Shown piece by piece: positions 61,301 to 64,000 of a stretch of DNA of 64,000 bases. Numbering within the stretch: position 1 is the first letter of the stretch; every line of letters starts with the position of its first letter. The position numbers and the translations under genes are program-made. The DNA comes from Stylophora pistillata (Eukaryota): NCBI RefSeq assembly GCF_002571385.2, contig NW_019217916.1:1-64000 (forward strand). Reading direction: 5' to 3'. Below the pieces are notes generated by a model, which saw only the letters and a list, made by a program, of their open reading frames with translations, had not been told where the DNA came from and did not search any database.

Positions 61301-63733
61301 GCTTCAAAAATTTACCATAGGGCTCAAATCTCCCTGGGAACAAGAGACTCAAAACTCAAAACTATCTGAACTAAACTCATTGGTTACAAACTTTTATTAA
61401 AATCACTGTCTATATTTTTATGACAATCTCCTCATTAGTAACCTCCAATTATTTGCTAAGATTCAACTTAAAACAAAGGGGGTTTAGGGTATGAAATTTG
61501 GAGGAAAGAGATACTTTGTTGGTCATTTTTAACGCTTTTTTACTGTGTTGCCTCAATTTTAGCATAATTCCCAAGCATCAAATTCAGACAGCCAAAGCAT
61601 TGCAAATGTCGTCAGACGAAAGAGAAAATTGGCAAAACCTAAAAAGGTTAGAAAAGCACAGGATGGTAATGATGTTCCAGATGCATCAGGAATGGTAAGT
61701 CAATATTTTGTAAGTTTTTTTTTTGTACTCCTAGCAGTGTCAATTGCTTTTATGCCTCTAGTTACTTTTTTCATAGAATTGTGAGAAGCAAGTTACATCT
61801 CAAGAGACTGAAAAACAGGGTACCTGGGCACAGTGTAGCATTCCTAGTTGTGGTAAATGGAGATTTCTTCAAACTGACATAGATCCTCAGGAGTTACCAG
61901 AAAGATGGGTGTGTTCTTTGAACGAAAGTAAGACGATAATTCATGACTATATATCTTCAACTATAGCCATTCCCATGATGTTGTTTCCAAAGCTACTCAC
62001 CTGTCACATAAACGTACTCATTCAGAATGATGTCTTTGCAGATGATTGCTACAATTCATGTAGTATTTCACAAGAAACGTTTGATAGTCAAGAGGGAAAT
62101 TTGCACGTGATTTATACACCTTATCCAAATGGGGCTATTGTTTGGGCTAAGATGACTGGCTACCCATGGTAAGATTAGTTTTTGAAATCCTTGAAGCAAT
62201 AGTACTTACTCAATTTATTTTAGTTCCATTCATTTTTAATCCGGCCAGTTGCTGTGACATATAATCTGTTATTATTAAATTCTATTCAAAAGCGGATACA
62301 ATTCTCAAAACGTCTGATTCAACGTCCTTAAAAGAATCGACTGACAAAGCCTTTTTAGGGAAATATTAGCACATGACAACTTCCGTAAATCAAGGTTTAT
62401 TTCCAGCTGAAACAGTGTCCTGGGCTAACAACGCAACACTTTTTGAAAATAAAGAAATAGATACAGCTCATTTCAGAATTAATTTAACTGGGATCAGGTA
62501 CGTGTTCTGATAAACTTCAGGGTTGGTTCGATGACCTTCGATATTTTTTTCTTTCTTTCCGTTTTCCTTCCTTTTCTTTTTTACACCAGTGACCCGCACT
62601 AACTATCTTCATTTCTTTGTTCATCAAAAGGTGGCCAGCAATGATGGAGAACGATCCAGATTACGGTTACTATTGTGAAACCGAAGAAGATAATTTCACT
62701 CCGGTAATCAAAATGAAAATTAAGAGCATACTGTTTTCCCCTTAACAAGACGACTGTTTTCAACAGAAATAAAAAGCATCTGACGATCTATAAATTTCAG
62801 GTGTCGTTCCATGTGGTGTTCTTTGACAAACAAGTGTCGAGGTCATGGGTGAACGCTGCTTGTATTCGTAACTTTTCTTGTGATGATGACCCTGAGGATT
62901 TGGGAAAGGTTTGTTCGGTAACTCCTCACTATGATATTCATCTGTAGAGGATGCCAGTGGCGTTTGGAGTGGCCCGGGTTTTATTAATTGTCGGACTTGG
63001 TACCGGTGTTACACGCAAGTGGGTTGTTTACATAGTAGGCCCCCCTTGCTCCAAGGGTTTTCGAGTGGGCATTTCGGTTTCCTTTCTTTGCAAAATCTAG
63101 CACACCAGATTCCAACTCGGCCTTGCTGGGTGTATTCCTAAAGAGGAGTTTTTAACCTCATTGGCATTAGGTGGATGAACAGATATAGAGGATATTACAG
63201 GCCGTGCGGAGATACGAAATTTCTCTTCGAGTGTTCATAAATAAGAGAAATTTCGTGTCTTTGCGCGGCCATGTAATATTCTCAGTTTATTATACAACCA
63301 CCAATGAAAAACAAAACTGTTTCACTTTTGCTGTGAAAGGCACGATTTCTTATGTAAGAAAAGTAATGGTGTTATTTTTAGGCGTGGAGATATCACGTTT
63401 TTGCCCGAAAGCTCGCCTGGTACTTGACTGGTGTTTATGTTATATTATTTATAATTGATTAACTAAAGTTAATAGGAACGAGAAGTCTTGAGCGAGATCT
63501 TGTCATATCTTTCATGTCACACCCTATCTAAGTTTGGGTCTTAATGTTTCTTTCCTGCGATGTTAAGATGCATTTCTTTCATGTTTGTGTTGATCTTTCG
63601 CAATTGTCTTATGGTGGTATAGAACTTCTTGACCTCCTTTTTTCTTCAGGTGAGCGTTAGAGGAAAGAACTACAGAAGACAACTTACAGCAGCCACTCTG
63701 GAAGCACGGAGAGCTGCAAAAATGCCTCTACAG
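58376..63733 (+). CDS. ZCWPW1: Zinc finger CW and PWWP domain protein, 3'-truncated by window; exons 58376-58433, 58787-58869, 59385-59550, 59866-59957, 61563-61694, 61777-61927, 62042-62168, 62631-62703, 62801-62908, 63650-63733
   Basis: zf-CW WAQCSIPSCGKWRFLQTDIDPQELPERWVCSLN..YNSCSISQE, then PWWP YPNGAIVWAKMTGYPW|WPAMMENDPDYG..FHVVFFDKQVSRSWV; long N-terminus favours ZCWPW1 over ZCWPW2; first four exons less certain. Confidence 0.88.
60243..60881. mobile_element. Kolobok-like fold-back MITE, 639 bp
   Basis: TTAA|AGTGCACCTAAACCCAAAA ... TTTTGGGTTTAGGTGCACT|TTAA; arms complementary over ~290 bp. Confidence 0.92.
63183..63433. mobile_element. Crypton-like non-autonomous repeat
   Basis: ATATAGAGGATATTAC..GCGGAGATACGAAATTTCTCTTC..GAGAAATTTCGTGTCTTTGCGCGGCCATGTAATATTCTC internal inverted repeat; family by recall. 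Confidence 0.5.
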
Positions 63734-63796
63734 GTACCTTCTTTATTACTTGGATTCTAATTCTTCTTCAAGCCGTCTAATCTTTCAGACTGATTA

Positions 63797-64000
63797 CAAC
63801 AACGTATATGAGAGCACGATCCTTCGCAGTAAAGCACTATTTGAGCAATAGTGAAAATCAGACCTGAAAAAAATTTCAGGCCTGTACGGGATTCGAACCA
63901 CTGACCTCTGCGATACTAGTGCAGCGCTCTACCAATTGAGCTAACAAGCCAACTGGGAGCAGGCCATCAAATTAATTCGACATAAACCCGTAGATGATAA
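63797..64000 (-). mobile_element. Near-identical copy of the 249-bp tRNA-like repeat in a ZCWPW1 intron (runs off the window)
   Basis: tRNA-like 63878-63950 identical to 48062-48134; flanks nearly identical. Confidence 0.92.

Overview
Eukaryotic (animal) genomic DNA with GT-AG spliced genes. The repeat families point to an anthozoan, probably a stony coral (inference). Gene order: two tandem SLC7A cationic amino acid transporters (+), cyclin L (-, 12 exons) head-to-head with a C3orf33 homolog (+), SLC35E2 (-) head-to-head with MEPCE (+), a ZAP/PARP12-like CCCH-WWE-PARP gene (+), and ZCWPW1 (+, runs off the end). Introns and intergenic DNA carry tRNA-derived SINEs, TTAA-flanked MITEs, Crypton-like and hAT-like remnants, a LINE 3' end and Penelope-type hammerhead remnants; there are two large N gaps. 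The most notable signals: (1) a composite insertion of an intronless alpha-kinase fragment fused to 3.5 tandem copies of a 249-bp structured tRNA-Thr-like unit, bracketed by a 132-bp direct repeat; (2) four SINE copies that share head and body but switch to four unrelated 3' tails right after a G-quadruplex motif; (3) stop-introducing splice options in the cyclin L introns; (4) linkage of genes whose human homologs are also linked. All exon boundaries were read by eye; repeat family names and human comparisons are from recall, not from searches.
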